A stretch of 64,000 nucleotides of DNA from Mantamonas sphyraenae STR306 (Eukaryota > Protista > CRuMs): positions 44,276 to 108,275 of the forward strand of contig JAPMXV010000077.1 of the NCBI GenBank assembly GCA_026936335.1, given 5' to 3'. The stretch's first letter is position 1. Each line of letters begins with the position of its first letter. The position numbers were made by a program, and so were the translations under genes. Positions 1-13,481 of this stretch are shown one piece after another. The notes under the pieces are model-generated. The model searched no databases. It was not told the DNA's origin and was given only the letters and a program-made list of their open reading frames with translations.

Positions 1-249
1 GGACGATCCGGGGGAGAGAACGTGGCCACTGCTTGACAGGAGTTCTCCCCCAGGGTCATCCTCATCGCAGGTGGGGAGCAGGAGGAGGAGGAGAGGTTTG
101 CATGGGAAGGAGCGGGTGGATGTGCAGGGTGAGGAGGGTGGGCAGGGTGGTGGTGTGCAGACGAGATAAGGTTAGGCTGTGAAGGCAGCTTTTGCGTCGC
201 CCCAAGCCGGGGAGGGAAGGGGCGAAAGTCGTGCGAGCTCGGCCTGTGT

Positions 250-500
250 CACTGGCCCGGCCTCTTACGTGCCACTGCACAGTCCACCAGACTCCAAAGT
301 CAATGTACCCCCGCACATTGGTGATGCCCATCCATGGTACCCGCAACAAGACACATGCGTGTGTCTGCGACGCACACGGCGTCGTTTTGCTCGCTTGGCC
401 TGGTTTTGGCCTGGTTTTGGCCTGGTTTTGGCTCGTTTTTGGCTCGTTTGGCCGAGTTTTGGCCCGGCCTTGGCTCGATTTTTGATTCACCTTTGGCCCA
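250..500. repeat. Dispersed direct repeat copy 1 (partner at ~10278-10520), containing a tandem ~10-11 nt TTTTGGC-type minisatellite
   Basis: The string ggcccggcctc..acgtgccactgcaca..accagactcc...gacgcacac.gcgtcgtttt...ttttgatt.a.ctttggcccagc occurs at both sites. Boundaries are approximate. Confidence 0.75.
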
Positions 501-828
501 GCTCCGACGCGGTCATTCCTGTCCACAAATCCATCCGACCGACAATCCGCGAGAGGGGCCCTTGGGTGGCCGACAACCAGAACGTAAAGGGAAGCCATGT
601 TCGAGCACGGGAGGGAGGGGTGGAAACAGTGGGCGGCGGCGTGATCCTTGGGGCACCGCACTTGTTCTTCCACGCATTGCCCCCACCCCCACCACCACCC
701 TTCCCCTGAGCGTGTGTGTGTGCAAACGAATGTGTGGATTCTGACACATTTAGGAAGAAGTGGCTGTGGGCAAGATACGACACATGGGTGGGCAGTTGGC
801 ATGTCGATTGAAGGTGTATGCCCCGTCA

Positions 829-1712
829 TCACGCTCTGCACACTTCTCTGTATCTGACCAGATCATTCTTCCAGCCCCGTTCCCAGTGCAATGCTGGTGC
901 ATCCTTGTGTCGCCTTCCTTCGCCATGGACACCCAGTGAGGCCAAGAACACAGCACCTTCCCGGGAAACATCCTCCACCCAATCATCCTTCTCCAACGTC
1001 GTATCCTCACTCGCGCAGCACTTGCAAGGGAAGATACACATCATTGCCTCGTCGACACCCCACTTGATCCTATCCTGCTGGTTTGCAGGGATCTTCTGCC
1101 GCACCAACTCTGTCTCCTCCCACCTCTTCTGCACAGCCTTTCCACACTTGCTTCCTCCCATGGCCTCGCACATCCCTGTTGTCACCAGCATGAGTGGGCT
1201 GCGTGTCACCACTTTCTCCAACAGGCGCGGATCCTTGTGCTGCTGCCACAGGTCCCACCACATGCTCGCTTTCTCCCTCACTTTGCCATCGAATGCATGC
1301 AGCTTCTCAACTGCCGTCGAGCTGTCCAACGCGTGCGGATACGCGTATGTTTCCTTCTCCATGTCCTGAAGGCACCAGAACCGGAGAAACCCTTCAAGAC
1401 CCTGCTTCTTCCTTGGTCAATCACCCCATGGAGGACTCGCCGTCTCAACTCCTCGCCAACCCACCACGTCTCATCATTTCGAACAATCACATTGCTCAGC
1501 ACACTCACATGAAACCCGTCGTCCAGCAGCTGCATCCACCTTTCATCAGTGGCCACTTCTCTCTCCCTCCAATGTGGCCCCACCCTGTCCGTGTCCACAA
1601 GCTTGCCCACCTCCACCCCATCCGGGTCATCCAATCCCTCCATGGCAACAACGATAACCTCCGAGTCGTCGCATGGGTGCCTCTCGTACACTGCTCTGCC
1701 CATCCGTTGTGG
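829..1712 (-). pseudogene. Truncated, frameshifted relic of the F-box-like helical-repeat family (C-terminal third only)
   Basis: ORF 1278-1763 (PCDDSEVIVVAMEGL...DERWMQLLDDGF) and ORF 829-1362 (LDSSTAVEKL...DWVEDVSREGAVFLASLG) align in two different frames to the C-terminus of the genes at 1760 and 5563. There is no N-terminal part, and the relic begins just past the stop of the upstream paralog. Confidence 0.8.
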
Positions 1713-1759
1713 TGCAAGTGAGTGTCGAGGTGCGCAGGTCGGGAACGGGATCACACCAA

Positions 1760-4700
1760 TCATTTTCCATTGCCTTCAAACGCAGTGTACACTTCCCTCA
1801 ACTGTTCCAGTTCCTCTGTCTGATCATCTTCAAATGCTATGTCACAGTATCGCATGTCAAACACTGTGATCTCCAGAGACGCCAGAAAGTCGGCTCCTTC
1901 CCTACTTACCTCATCCGTCCAGTCCTCCTCATCAAACTCGTACCCACACTCCAACAGCACTTGTAAACGGATGAGGGTATCAGCAGAACCACGCGATGAC
2001 AGCACATCGTGGGCCCATTCGCACCAGTTCTCCCGTTGTGCCTGGCACTCCTGGCGGACTTGCTCCACCTTTTCCCACCTCTTCTGCGTCTCCTCACCAA
2101 GTTTCTCTCCTTCCAAGGCCTCGTACATCCCTTCTGTCACCACCATGAATGGAATGCGCCTCACCAGTGCCTCCAGGACCTGTGGATCACTGCAACGCAG
2201 CAGCAGCTCCAGCAACAACCCTTTGTCCACTCCACCATGGATTTCAAGCAGCTTCTCAAGTGCTGTCGAGCTGTCCAACTCGTACAGACACGCATATGCT
2301 TCCTTCAAAGCTGTTCGACTGGTTCCCACCAACTGCTTCAACACGAGCATCATTCCTTGGTCAATGAGCCCATGGACGACTCTCCTCTGCAGCTCAACAC
2401 TGTACCTACAGAAACCGGTCATTCCAGGCATCATGGTCCCCAGTACCTTCACAGGGAATCCATCGTCCAGCAGCTGCATCCACCTTTCGTCAGTAGCCAG
2501 TTCTTTCGACCACCACCCTGTCTCCAGCTCTTCTGCGTTCACGAGCTTGCCCACCTTCACCACATCCGCGTTCTCCAGCCCCTCCATGGCCACTGCTACC
2601 ACCTCCGAGTCGTTGCAGGCGTCTTTCCTCACTGTTCTGCGCATCCACTGCCGCACGTAATCCACAAAGGCCTCAGCCCCGTTCTCTCTGCACACGCTCA
2701 CACATCGATTCACCTGCTGTTGCCAGCGTTCTTGCAAGCATGGCCGAGTGGCTCCGGTCCATACGGTCTCCTTCAGCTCGTATGGCACCCACAATGACCT
2801 GTCGTCGTCATCGAACTTGTCCTTGGACAGCAGGCTAGGCAACAGCCTTTCGTCATGGTCAAATCTGTAGCACTCGAGTATGGTCTCGACCTCCAGTTGC
2901 GCCGTGTGCCGCTTCACTGCCCACAGTACAGCATCCCTGCGTTCCCAACCAGCATACGGCCCCGTAGTCTCAAGGGCACGCGTGAGCAATGTCATCAAAT
3001 GCTCCTGCGGAAGCACCATACCATTGCTGTCAAGGGCCGCCCTCAGATCCATTGGGTTGGCTATGTCAACAACCCTCCCCCATGCCCCACGTTCAGCCAG
3101 CAAACGAATGGCTTCCATGTGCGGACATACCTTGTACACCTTTGCCACAGTGTCGTCATCCAGCTGGCCCCCGTGTTGGTCCAGCACCCACTCACTCGCT
3201 TTCCAGTATTCTTTTCTTCGTGCACGCATGAGAAATCGCATCACATGCTCATGCGGAAGCACCATATCATTGCTGCGAAGGTGCGCCCTCAGGTCCTCAG
3301 GGTTGGCTGTGTCAATAACCATCTCCCATGCCTCACGTTCCACCAGCAAACGAAGAGCTTCCTTGTTTGGATGTATCTTGTACACGTGCGCCACAGTGTC
3401 GTCATCCAACTGTTCCCTGTGTTGGACCAGCATCCACTTCACAGTGCGACTTGCTTCACAGAGATCTTTTGCGTGTTTTCTGTGTGCATATTTGGGATCC
3501 CTGATCGCTTTCGAGCGATCGGCACTTTGGGCACACTCGAGAATTCGCAGCAAAAGCTCCTTCGGAAGCACAATGCCCATCGTGTCAAATTCCGCCCTCA
3601 GAACATCAGGTCTTGTTGCGCCAACAATCGCCCCCCATGACTTCCGTTCCACCAGAACAGCCAGAGGTTTCGTGAAGAAACCGCGAGGATACCTTCCATG
3701 TCTTTTCCACAGCCGTACCACGGCATCGTCGCCCAGTCGTGACACGATTTGAGGCCTGTTGACAATCCACGACGCCGTTTCGAAATCACTGCGTGCATCC
3801 TGGTACAAGATATAGGCATGGTGGGCAAGTGTGGCCACGGTCTTCTCCTCACCCTCCACCAGGACGAGCGCCCTTATCAGATCACGGGCAGGCGTATTCT
3901 TGGCCAGAGCATCCATGGGTAGCGTGGACAGAACACATGAAACCAGTGCGTGGTTGTTCAGGACCCAACACATCTCCTGCAACAGAGTCAAGTTCTTCGA
4001 CTCACAGACAGTTTGCAACGCCTTTGGCCATTCAGCTTCTGGCAACGCTGCTGGAATGAGGGGAAGCATGCCTCTACATCCGCTCAGCCCCATCGCCATT
4101 GCTTCCTTCACACCAGCAAGGCCGTGTCCCACCAACACCTGCGTCAACGCATTGCCGGTGCACCGCAGCTCATGTCGGCTACGACGGACATACTTCACAT
4201 ATGCCTCTATGTTGGACAGTGGAACATCTGCCAGTGTTCGTCCCATCGAGTCTGGCTGACCCAGTCGTCCCCTCACTCGGGGAAGCTGCGCCACGTTGCC
4301 TTTGTAAACCGCGGCCATGCTGGCATTCACCTCGAATGATTGCAGGAGACTCTTCGGAGCACCTGATGCCAACAACACGCCGTACCGTGCCTCGTGGAAG
4401 GGCACACATGCATCAACGACCTTCATCAAGGCCTTGTTGGTGAACTTGCTCAGCGATGTTCGCCGCAACACACACTGCAGCGCAGGAAGTGAGCGTCCAC
4501 ACACAGGTGGCAAATCCTCCACACGCATGCGTTCAGGCACACTGTTTCCCGCAAACAGCTCAAACAGGGCCCTGTTCCAGTACAGCCGGTTCAGCCGTGG
4601 CACCCGGAGCCGTTTGTGTCCAAACTTGACCACCACACCACCAATCTCGCCCAATGTGGACACAAGGGTGCTTCTCAGTGGCTGGTTGTCCACTTGGTAC

Positions 4701-5206
4701 AGGTCGCCCATGTCCACCATGTGTGTGTTGATGGAGAAGAGGGCAAGGGCGGCACCGGCGTCCAAATGAGGCACCACACGTTCCCACACCTCCACTGGCA
4801 CCTGTGACAGCAGTGTCTCCATGCGGGAGGGCGGAGTTCTCTGACGACGGGCGCGACGGGGGCGACGTGAGGCAGTGCTCTGTGCTGTGTCACCCAGCTG
4901 CTGCTGGTGCTGGTCAGCGGATGCTGACCTGTCAAAAACACATCCAGCACACACGGGTTCACCATGGCCATGTCAGCACAGATAAAGGGTGCGGTGGGGA
5001 AGAATGGTTGATTGCTGTGCTTCCTACCTGCTTGTCTGTGTGTCGTCCACCGTCATGTCGTCTGTGTGGTTGGTGAGCTCTGCCGATGCTCGCACCTTGG
5101 CCACCCGCTGACGTTTGGGTGCAGGGGTGGCGTCCACCAATTGGCCATCTTCCTCATCAACCACATCCTCATCCTCTCCATCCACTGTGCTACGCTTGCG
5201 GGACAT
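1760..5206 (-). CDS. F-box-like protein A: basic NLS-like exon 1 (MSRKRS...PKRQR), F-box-like motif, three ~82-aa helical repeats; exons 5206-5028 and 4928-1760
   Basis: LLSQVPVEVWERVVPHLDAGAALALFSIN matches the F-box pattern L..lP.Ev...i...L. A phase-2 intron at 5027-4929 (GTAGGA..GCTGAC..TTTTTGACAG) joins ORF 5024-5302 to ORF 1760-4954. The paralog has the same intron. Confidence 0.75.
4929..5027 (-). other. Spliceosomal intron, 99 nt
   Basis: GT donor, CTGAC branch site and GACAG acceptor. It restores the frame and is conserved in paralog B at 8420-8518. Confidence 0.75.
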
Positions 5207-5562
5207 GAATGTGTGTCCACAGTGGTGGCCTTGAATACGGATTTCCTTTGGCCAAGGCCGAGCTGGCACCACGTCCCAACACAACCCCAACATTGCATCC
5301 ACATGAGACCCACGATGACGCTCACAAACTCTGCCTGTCTTCGCTTCTCAGCATGTCAAAGAGCACCTTGTGTCCGCTGGTGGCTCCGATCTGATCCCAA
5401 CTCCGACCCATGTACACACCACCAAACCATGGTGAACGAACCAAGCCAACGATTCAACAAAACGGGAGAACCAACGCAACAGCATGGACTCTGTTCCATC
5501 GCTGGTCCCTTGCAAAGACCGAACAACACACGCTGCATCCCAGACAACACGCGTGTGACCCA

Positions 5563-8500
5563 CTACATTCCAAACGCACTGTACACTTCCCTCAGCCATT
5601 TCAGTTCCTGTGTCTCCTCATCGAAAGGTGCTGTGTTGCAATATGGTCTGCAATACACTCTGATCCCCAGAGACGCCAAAAAGTGGGCTCCTCCCTTGCT
5701 TATCTCACGCGTCCAGTCCTTCTCGCCAAACTCGTACCCACACTCCAACAGCACTTGTAACCAGATGAACATATCATCAGAATACGATGACAGCATCTTG
5801 CGAGCCCATTCACTCCAATCCTCCCGTTGTTCCTGGCACTCCCGCCGGACTTGCTCCACCTTGTCCCACCTCTTCTGCGTCTGTTCACCAAGTTTCTCTC
5901 CTTCCAAGGCCTCGTACATCCCTTTTGTCACCACCATAAATGGGATGCGCGACACCAGCTCCTCCAGGACCTGCGGATTCTTGTGCAGCAGCAGCAGCTC
6001 CAGCAGCATCTCGTAGCCCACTTCATCGTGGATTTCAAGCAGCTTCTCAATTGCCGTCGAGCTATCCAACTCGTACAGATATGCACATGCTTCCTTCACA
6101 GCCGTTTGCCTGGTTCCCACAAACCGCTTTAACACGGGCCTCATTCCTTGGTCAATGAGCCCACGGACGATGCGCCTCTGCAGCTCAACACTGTACTCAC
6201 GGAAACCGGTCATTCCAGGCATCATGGTCCCCAGTACGTTCACAGGGAACCCATCGTCCAGCAGCTGCATCCACCTTTCCTCAGTGGCCACTTTCTTCGA
6301 CCACCGCCATGCCTCCAGCTCTTCTGCGTTCACGAGCTTGCCTACCTCCACCACATCCTCGTTCTCCAGCCCCTTCATGGCCACTGTCATCACCTCCGAG
6401 TCGTTGCAGGGTTCTTTCCCCACTGTTCTGCTCATCCACTGCCGCACGTATTCCACAAACGCCTCAGCCCCATTCTCTCTGCATACACTCACACATCGAT
6501 TCACCTGCTGTTGCCAGCGTTCTTGCACGCTCGTCCGAATGGCTGCGGCGAGTGCAGACCGCTTCAGCTCGGATGGCACCCACAATGCCCTGTCGTCGTC
6601 ATCGATGTTGTCCTTGGACAGCAGGCTAGGCAACAGCCTTTCGTCATGGTCACACCTGTAGCACTCGAGTATGGTCTCGACCTCCAGTTGCGCCGTGTGC
6701 TGCTCCACCGCCCACAACACATGCTCATTGCGTCCCCACTCTTGAGCATACGGCCCCGTTTTCTCAAGGGCACGCGTGAGAAATGTCATCACATGCTCCT
6801 GCGGAAGCACCATACCATTGCTGTCAAGGACCGCCCTCAGATCCGTAGGTTTGGCAATGTCAACAACCGTCTCCCAAGCCTCACGCTCCACTAGCAAGCG
6901 AATGGCTTCCATGTTCGGGTGTGTCTTGTAAACGCTCGCCACCGTGTCTTCATCCAGCTGCTTCCCGTGGTGGACCAGCACCCACTCACTCGCTTCCCAG
7001 TATTCTGTTCTTCGTGCACGCTTGAGAAATCGCAACACATGCGCCTTCGGAAGCGTTTTACCCTTGCTGTCAAGTTCTTCAGTCAGTTCACTTGGTCTTG
7101 CAATGGCTTCCTTCCAAGCCTCCCGTTCCACCAGAAGAGCCAGAAGATCCTTGAGATGATACTCTCCACACAGCTGTACCACTGCATCGTGGTCCAGTTG
7201 TGACACGAATCGAGGTGTGCTGGCAATCCACCTCTCCATTACCCTATCTCCCCGTGCAGCCTCGAAGAGCAGTTTGGAATGTTCGACAAGTGTGGCCATG
7301 GCCTTCTCCTCGCCCTCCACCAGGATGAGTGCCTCGTGCAGTGCATAGGCTGGTGCATTCATGACCAGCGCTTCAATTGGTAGCGTGGATAGCACACATG
7401 AAACCAGGTCATGGTTGTCCAGCACATCCGGCAACTGCCGCATCAGAGTCAAGTTCTTCTCCGCACAGAGTGCTTGCAACGCCTTTGGCCATTCGGCTTC
7501 TGGCAACATTTCTGCAATGCAGGCAAGCATACCTCTACACCCGCTCAGTCCCATTGCTATTGCTTCCTTCACACCCGCAACGCCGTGTCCCACCAACACC
7601 TGCGTCAACGCTGAACGGGTGTGCTCCACCCGCCCTCTGTCTTCCATTGCATACTTGACGTGTGCAACGATGTTGGACAGTGGCACGTCTGCCAGTGTTC
7701 GTCCCATCGAGTCCGGCTCACCCAAGCACACGTACTCGACCCCACTACCGGTGTCCCCATCGTAAATCGCATCCATGTCGGCATCCAACTCCATCTCTTC
7801 CACGAAATACTCCGGGGCACCTGCTGCCAACAAAACAGCTCCCTTCGCCTCAGGGAAAGGCAGACATCTCTCGACGACGTCCATCAGGTCGTAGCAATCT
7901 ACCTCGTCGTCCCAACTGTAGTCGTACCAACTGCCGTCGTTGCAACTTTCGGCCAGTGTCGTTCGCCGCAACACACACTGCAGCACAGGAAGTGAGCGTC
8001 CACACACACGTGGCAACTCATCCACATGCATGCGTTCAGGCACACTGCTTTCCCCAAACAGATCAAACAGGGTCCTGTTCAAGTACAGGCGGTTCAGCCG
8101 CGGCACCCGGTGTCGTTTGTCGCCAAACCAGACCACCACACCACCAATCTCGCCCAATGTGGACACAAGGGTGCTCCTCAGTGGCTGATTGTCCACTTGG
8201 TACAGGTCGCCCATGTCCACCATGTGTGTGTTGATGGAGAAGAGGGCAAGGGCGGCACCGGCGTCCAAACGAGGAACCACACGCTCCCACACCTCCACTG
8301 GCACCTGTGACAGCAGTGTCTCCATGCGAGAGGGCGGTGGTATCTGGGGACGGGAGCGACGTGAGGCGGTGCTCTGTGCTGTGTCACCCAGCTGCTGCTG
8401 GTGGTCGCGGGATTCCGACCTGTCAGAAGCACACCCAGCACACACGGGTTCACCATGGCCATGTCAGCACAGATAACGGGTGGAGTGGGTGAGAATGGGC

Positions 8501-8688
8501 GGCTTTTGTGCTTCCTACCTGCTTGTCTGTGTGTCGTCCACCGCCATGTCGTCTGTGTGGCTGGTGAGCTCTGCTACCGCGCGCATCTGCTGACGTTTGG
8601 GCGCTGGGGTAGCGTCAACGGACGGGTTCTCTTCCTCATCAACCTCAACTCCATCCTCTCCATCCACCGTGCTACGCTTGCGGGACAT
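5563..8688 (-). CDS. F-box-like protein B (tandem paralog of A; two helical repeats); exons 8688-8519 and 8419-5563
   Basis: The N-terminus is near-identical to A and the C-terminal third is highly similar. It has a 99-nt intron at 8518-8420. Confidence 0.75.
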
Positions 8689-10277
8689 GAATGTGTGTCC
8701 GCAGTGGTGGCCTTGAATACGGAGTTCCTTTGGCAAAGCCCGAGCACCCTCAGTGGCCTCGTCTGTGACACTCTGCCCTCTCAGTCGCCCATACACAACC
8801 CCTCTCTTTCTCCTCTCTGTCCACACCCGCACCGGCCGCAAAGCACACCGAAAAGAGTGCACCTGCCATTGTGCGAGGTGTGTGGTGTGGCTGCTCTCCA
8901 CAACGGCCGATTGCGTCTCACGACCAACCCAAACACATCCATCGACTGATTCCATGCATTTACCACCCTCTTCCATGTGTATCCCTGTTTCGATTGACCT
9001 GTGGCGTGCTGTGCTGGGGATTCGAGCGAGTGATCAGGAATCCGCCAGATTTTCACCAGTTCGCCCACCAGCCTTCGTCCTGCAACCCAGCGTCCCTGGA
9101 CATCCCCCATCCCGATCATCCAACGCCATTTTCATTCCCTCGGTGCTTCCCCTGCACCGTGTGCATGCTCACCAGCCCATGTTGTCCCCACCTCTTCCTC
9201 CCCGTGTGCTTTTTTGCACCCCGTTTGCACTGCTTCCTGCTTTCCACTCACCCAAATTCTCCTTGTCCTCCCTTTGTTGCCACCCACGACCATTGAACAG
9301 GTTGCTTTGCACATCATTGCCTCGTGTGTCCTCCCAATCCAATCCCAAATCCACCATGGTGTTCACATCCGTCCAGAGGTGCCTGTGCATGTCCCCACGT
9401 GCATTGCGGCATCCATCGTTGTGTGTTGTTCTGTTCGGGGCTGCCAGCAAAAGCCCGCAGCTCCCGCGTCTCCTCTCGCCACCCTGTCGTCGTCCAACGA
9501 CACAGCGGAAACGTCCATCGCTCACATCCTCCCAGTTGCCGTTGTCCTCATTGCTGTGTTCCACCGTGTCCTCCACACTCGATAGGGGCAGTCTGCGTCT
9601 CATGGGGTCCCCTTTTTGGCCAGTGCCGTCCTTGTCCTTTTGGTCCATCGGGCGCCGACAAAAACCAAAAGGCGAGGCTGACTCCACTCCCTCCCCTTCC
9701 TTCCCCCATCCATCCTTTCCTGCACCATTTCCCACACACCACCCAAGTGTCATGACACCCAAATCCAGGCGTCTGTCCATCCTCCTCTTCCCCGTCTCCC
9801 TTTCCATTCTTCAAGCAATCCATTCCCAACTCCTTCTCTCCCTCGTCTTCCTCAGCTACGCTGTGTCCCATTTTGCTTCTCCACGCCCACCCTCCCCACA
9901 GTTTCCCCCCATTCTCCCCTCCCACCCTGATGCTCAACAGCAGCTGACATGTGCGTGTGCATCCCATGTGCCGTTTGATCTCCCCCCCTACTTCCATGTC
10001 ATCCTCCCACACCAAACAAGCACCAGGTTGGCCCTGTGCATTTCATCCCTGGGTTTCCTTTCTGCCCTGTTGACGGAATGGGGCCGAGGGTGGCCAAATG
10101 CCTTTATCACACGCTCTCTGTGCAAGCCACCCGCCCCACCCCACCCGGAGTGTTTCCCCCACCTCCTTGGCAATGAGTATTCTGCATTCATTTCCACCTG
10201 GCGATCATTCCACGTTGGGTTCACCGAGTTGGCACTCATTCTGCTGCTCCATTCCACCGCCGTGTCGGTGCTGCTCT

Positions 10278-10520
10278 TGGCCCGGCCTCTCACGTGCCAC
10301 TGCACAACCCATCAGACTCCAGACTCAATGCCACCCCGCACATGGGTGATTGCCATCCATGGTATCAGCGACAAGACACAAGAATGTGTTTGTGACGCAC
10401 ACAGCGTCGTTTTCTACTTTGGCCAGATTTTGGCAGATTTTGGCAGATTTTTGCTCGATTTTTGGCTCGGCCATGGCCCGGCCCTTTGGCTCCTTTTTTG
10501 ATTGAACTTTGGCCCAGCGC
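10278..10520. repeat. Dispersed direct repeat copy 2 (partner at ~250-500)
   Basis: Same shared string as copy 1, here with a (GATTTTGGCA)n tandem. Confidence 0.7.
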
Positions 10521-10812
10521 CCGCCACATGCCGGGTTTCCCTCACCTTGTCCGACACAGCTTGGAACATGTGCTGCACCAGAACAACACATTGCAAGCAT
10601 GGCACGGCCACTTCATACTCTTTTGCTGCGTCCGAGGAAGAAAGGTGTGGTGTCGACCCCCTTTGCTTGCACATTGCCAATCGAGTGAACAAAGGCAACT
10701 CCACCGCCACTGCCCATGCCAGATCTGCGTTCTTGGTGGTGGTGGATGGATTGGGTGTGCCATGCGACGAGTGTGACACAACAACACGAAACACACACAG
10801 AGTGGGGGAACA

Positions 10813-12934
10813 ATGAGCACAATCGCACGGGGCAAGGGCAAGGGCAAGGCAGGCAGCAGCAGCAACACCAACCATGGGATGGGCAGTGCGCATGGTCTGT
10901 CCACAGATGGACCTGACCATTACCTGCAGTCGGAGCGCACAAAGGCGTACGGCCCTCTTTCGCCGCTGCAGGGCAAGGCAGGACCCGACACATCGCCGGC
11001 AGTGCGCACGCTGTATCATGACATGTACAAGAGTGGCCTGTGTGCCGATGTGGAGATTGTGCTGGAAGGACTGGATGGGGCGGGTGAGTTGGAGGAAGGG
11101 GAAGAAACGAGAAGCAAAAGCAAAACGCGGGGCAGCAGTGTGGCACACACACACACACACTGTGGGTTGCTGACACCAAAAGGGGGGATATTGGATGACG
11201 AATGATGACGGGACACACCTACCCGACAGATGGGGAGGAGTTGGGTGGGAAGGATGTGGTGCTTCGTGCACACCGTTCGTTTCTGTGTCTGCACAGCGGA
11301 ATGTGGCGGTATCTGCTGGAGGTTGAGGACGGGGCAGCAGCGTCGTCGGGGGCAGCGGTGTTGGAACACAGCAGGGAGGATGGACAGGGAGGAGGGATGT
11401 TTCGAATGGTGGTGAAGCGGGGCACACAGAGTGTGGGTGTGTTGCGTGCAATGGAAGTGGCGGTGGGGTGGTGCTACGGCGGTACCCTGCCTGTGACCAA
11501 CGTGGAGCTGTGTTACAGTCTGTTGGCCGTGGCACAGTTCTGGCTGATGCCCATGCTGACGGAGCATGTGATGCAGTGGGTGGGACAGAGGCATGATGCA
11601 GAGACACTGGTGAGGATGTGTCGTGGGGGCAGTCTCGTGGGGGCCATGGGCGTCGCCGAGGTGGTGCACTCCAATGTGTACCATGCAAGTGTGTTGCGGG
11701 TGGCAAAGGAGTGGAGCAAGGTGGCAGATGCGGTGAGTGGTGGCAAGGTGGCACGTGGGGCGTTTGGGTTTATGCGGGGCTGTGTGTTTGTGGCGATGGT
11801 CAAGGTGGCGTTGGAGCAGCATGGGGAGGAGGGAGTGGACAAGGGGAAGCTGGCACAGGTGGTGGGTGGGTATTTGGAGAGTGTGGATGTGGAGGAGATG
11901 GTGGAGGCGGAGGAGGTGGAGTACTTGAGTGCGTTGTTGGAGGGCGTTCGGCACAACGAGGAGATGGGATTGTTGAAGGCGGCACTGGCAACAGGTGCGA
12001 GTGAGGATGTGGTGAGAGGATTGTGTGTGAAGATTGCAGGGAAGCTGGAGGTGTTGCAGCGGGATGGGCGCGTGAACCTGAGCGGGCTGCCGGTGTGGGT
12101 GGCAGAGCTGATCCTGAGTGCGGATGGGATCGATGTGAAGAGTGAGGACGATGTGCTGGAGATTGTGGAGAGATATGTGGAGGAACATGATGGGGAGGGG
12201 GAGGAGGAAGGGTGGGAGAGGCGGATGTATGGGTGTGTGCGGTTTGGGCTGCTGGGCTCGGAACGTCTGGAAGGGATGCAGGAGGACGGAGAATGGGACA
12301 CGCGGTATGTGGACTTGATGGTGTTGATGAATGGTCTGCTAGATGTGCTGCGCATAATCAAGGGCCAGGAACCAGTTCACAGCAAGAAACGAGCATTTGA
12401 AGTAGATGTTGTCCCAAGCCTGGACTGGGACCGGGTCGACCGAAGCCGAGGAACATTCACAGAGGACAGCCTGGATAAGACTGGAGGTGGTTGGACAACA
12501 TGGATTGGCAAGGAGAAGCTGCGCTCGGGACAGCGATGGAGCGTACGAGTGGACCGATTGTCCTACGGCATGATCGGAATCTGCACCAGCACGTGCGATC
12601 TCACAAGCAACGCCCTTGGTAAGTCATCACATCCCAGAGACACCATACACCGAGTACTGACACCATATGGCTCACAGGGACCAAGCAGGGAAGCTACAGC
12701 TGGAACTGGAACGGCTTGCAAGGACAAATGTTCAAAAATGGAAACAACACCAAAATCAACACGCGCTTCAACCAAGGCGACATTGTGACGGTGGAGCTGG
12801 ACACCAGGGCCCACACACTGAACTTCTCCCGCAATGGCAATGTGGACGCTATCATCGACAACATTGACGACGACACATGGTACCCTGCTTTCAGCTGCCA
12901 GAGTTCCAAGATGACGATTGTGCCCACACCATAG
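10813..12934 (+). CDS. BTB/POZ-BACK-SPRY protein 1 (putative Cullin-3 adaptor); exons 10813-11083, 11230-12618, 12678-12934
   Basis: BTB motif: CADVEIVL...VLRAHRSFLCLHSGMWRYLL...WCYGG...LLAVAQFWLMPML. BACK-like motif: LILSADGIDVKSEDDVL...CVRFGLL. SPRY motif: WSVRVD...MIGI...FNQGDIVTVELD...LNFSRNG...WYPAFS. Introns GTGAGT..GACAG (11084-11229) and GTAAGT..CTGAC..CACAG (12619-12677) join three ORFs in frame. Confidence 0.85.
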
Positions 12935-13481
12935 GACCAATGAACGGATTTTGTACCATCACTGTGTCTCTGATGATGAATCACGCACATTGTCGCCATG
13001 GTCACCAGATCCATGCCTGCCACACCCCGTCATCGGCTCTCCTCCACGAGCCAGCTCCGCATGCCCAGAATCAAACCAAGATCTCGTATGGATGCTTATG
13101 GCAGGTAATGGTGGCTTTCGGTGCCATGTAGACATGCTATGCTATCGGTTGGACTGGACGTGCTGAACGAGCAAACAGCCAGTCATGCAGGGCGGAAGAC
13201 AATTCCATTGGACGACTCCTGCAATCGACGCTGCACGTGCTGCATCTCATCAACAACCATCTTGAGAGCGGATTGTGACGGTACCGGGAAAAGGGTGGGC
13301 CACATTTGGACGACTCTGTTTGCTGCGTCCGAGGAAGAATGGTGTGGTGTCGACACCCCTTTGCTTGCACATTGCCAATCGAAGGAACAAAGGCACTTCC
13401 TCCGCCACTGTCCGTGTCAGACCTGCACTTTGGTGGGTGGTTGATGGATGCGCTGTGCAATGCGACGGGTGTGACACAACA

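Noticed and set aside
8750-10270. 582-aa plus-strand ORF and several minus-strand ORFs
   Set aside because: These are low-complexity and pyrimidine-skewed with no recognisable motif. They may be a decayed gene, but I cannot support a call.
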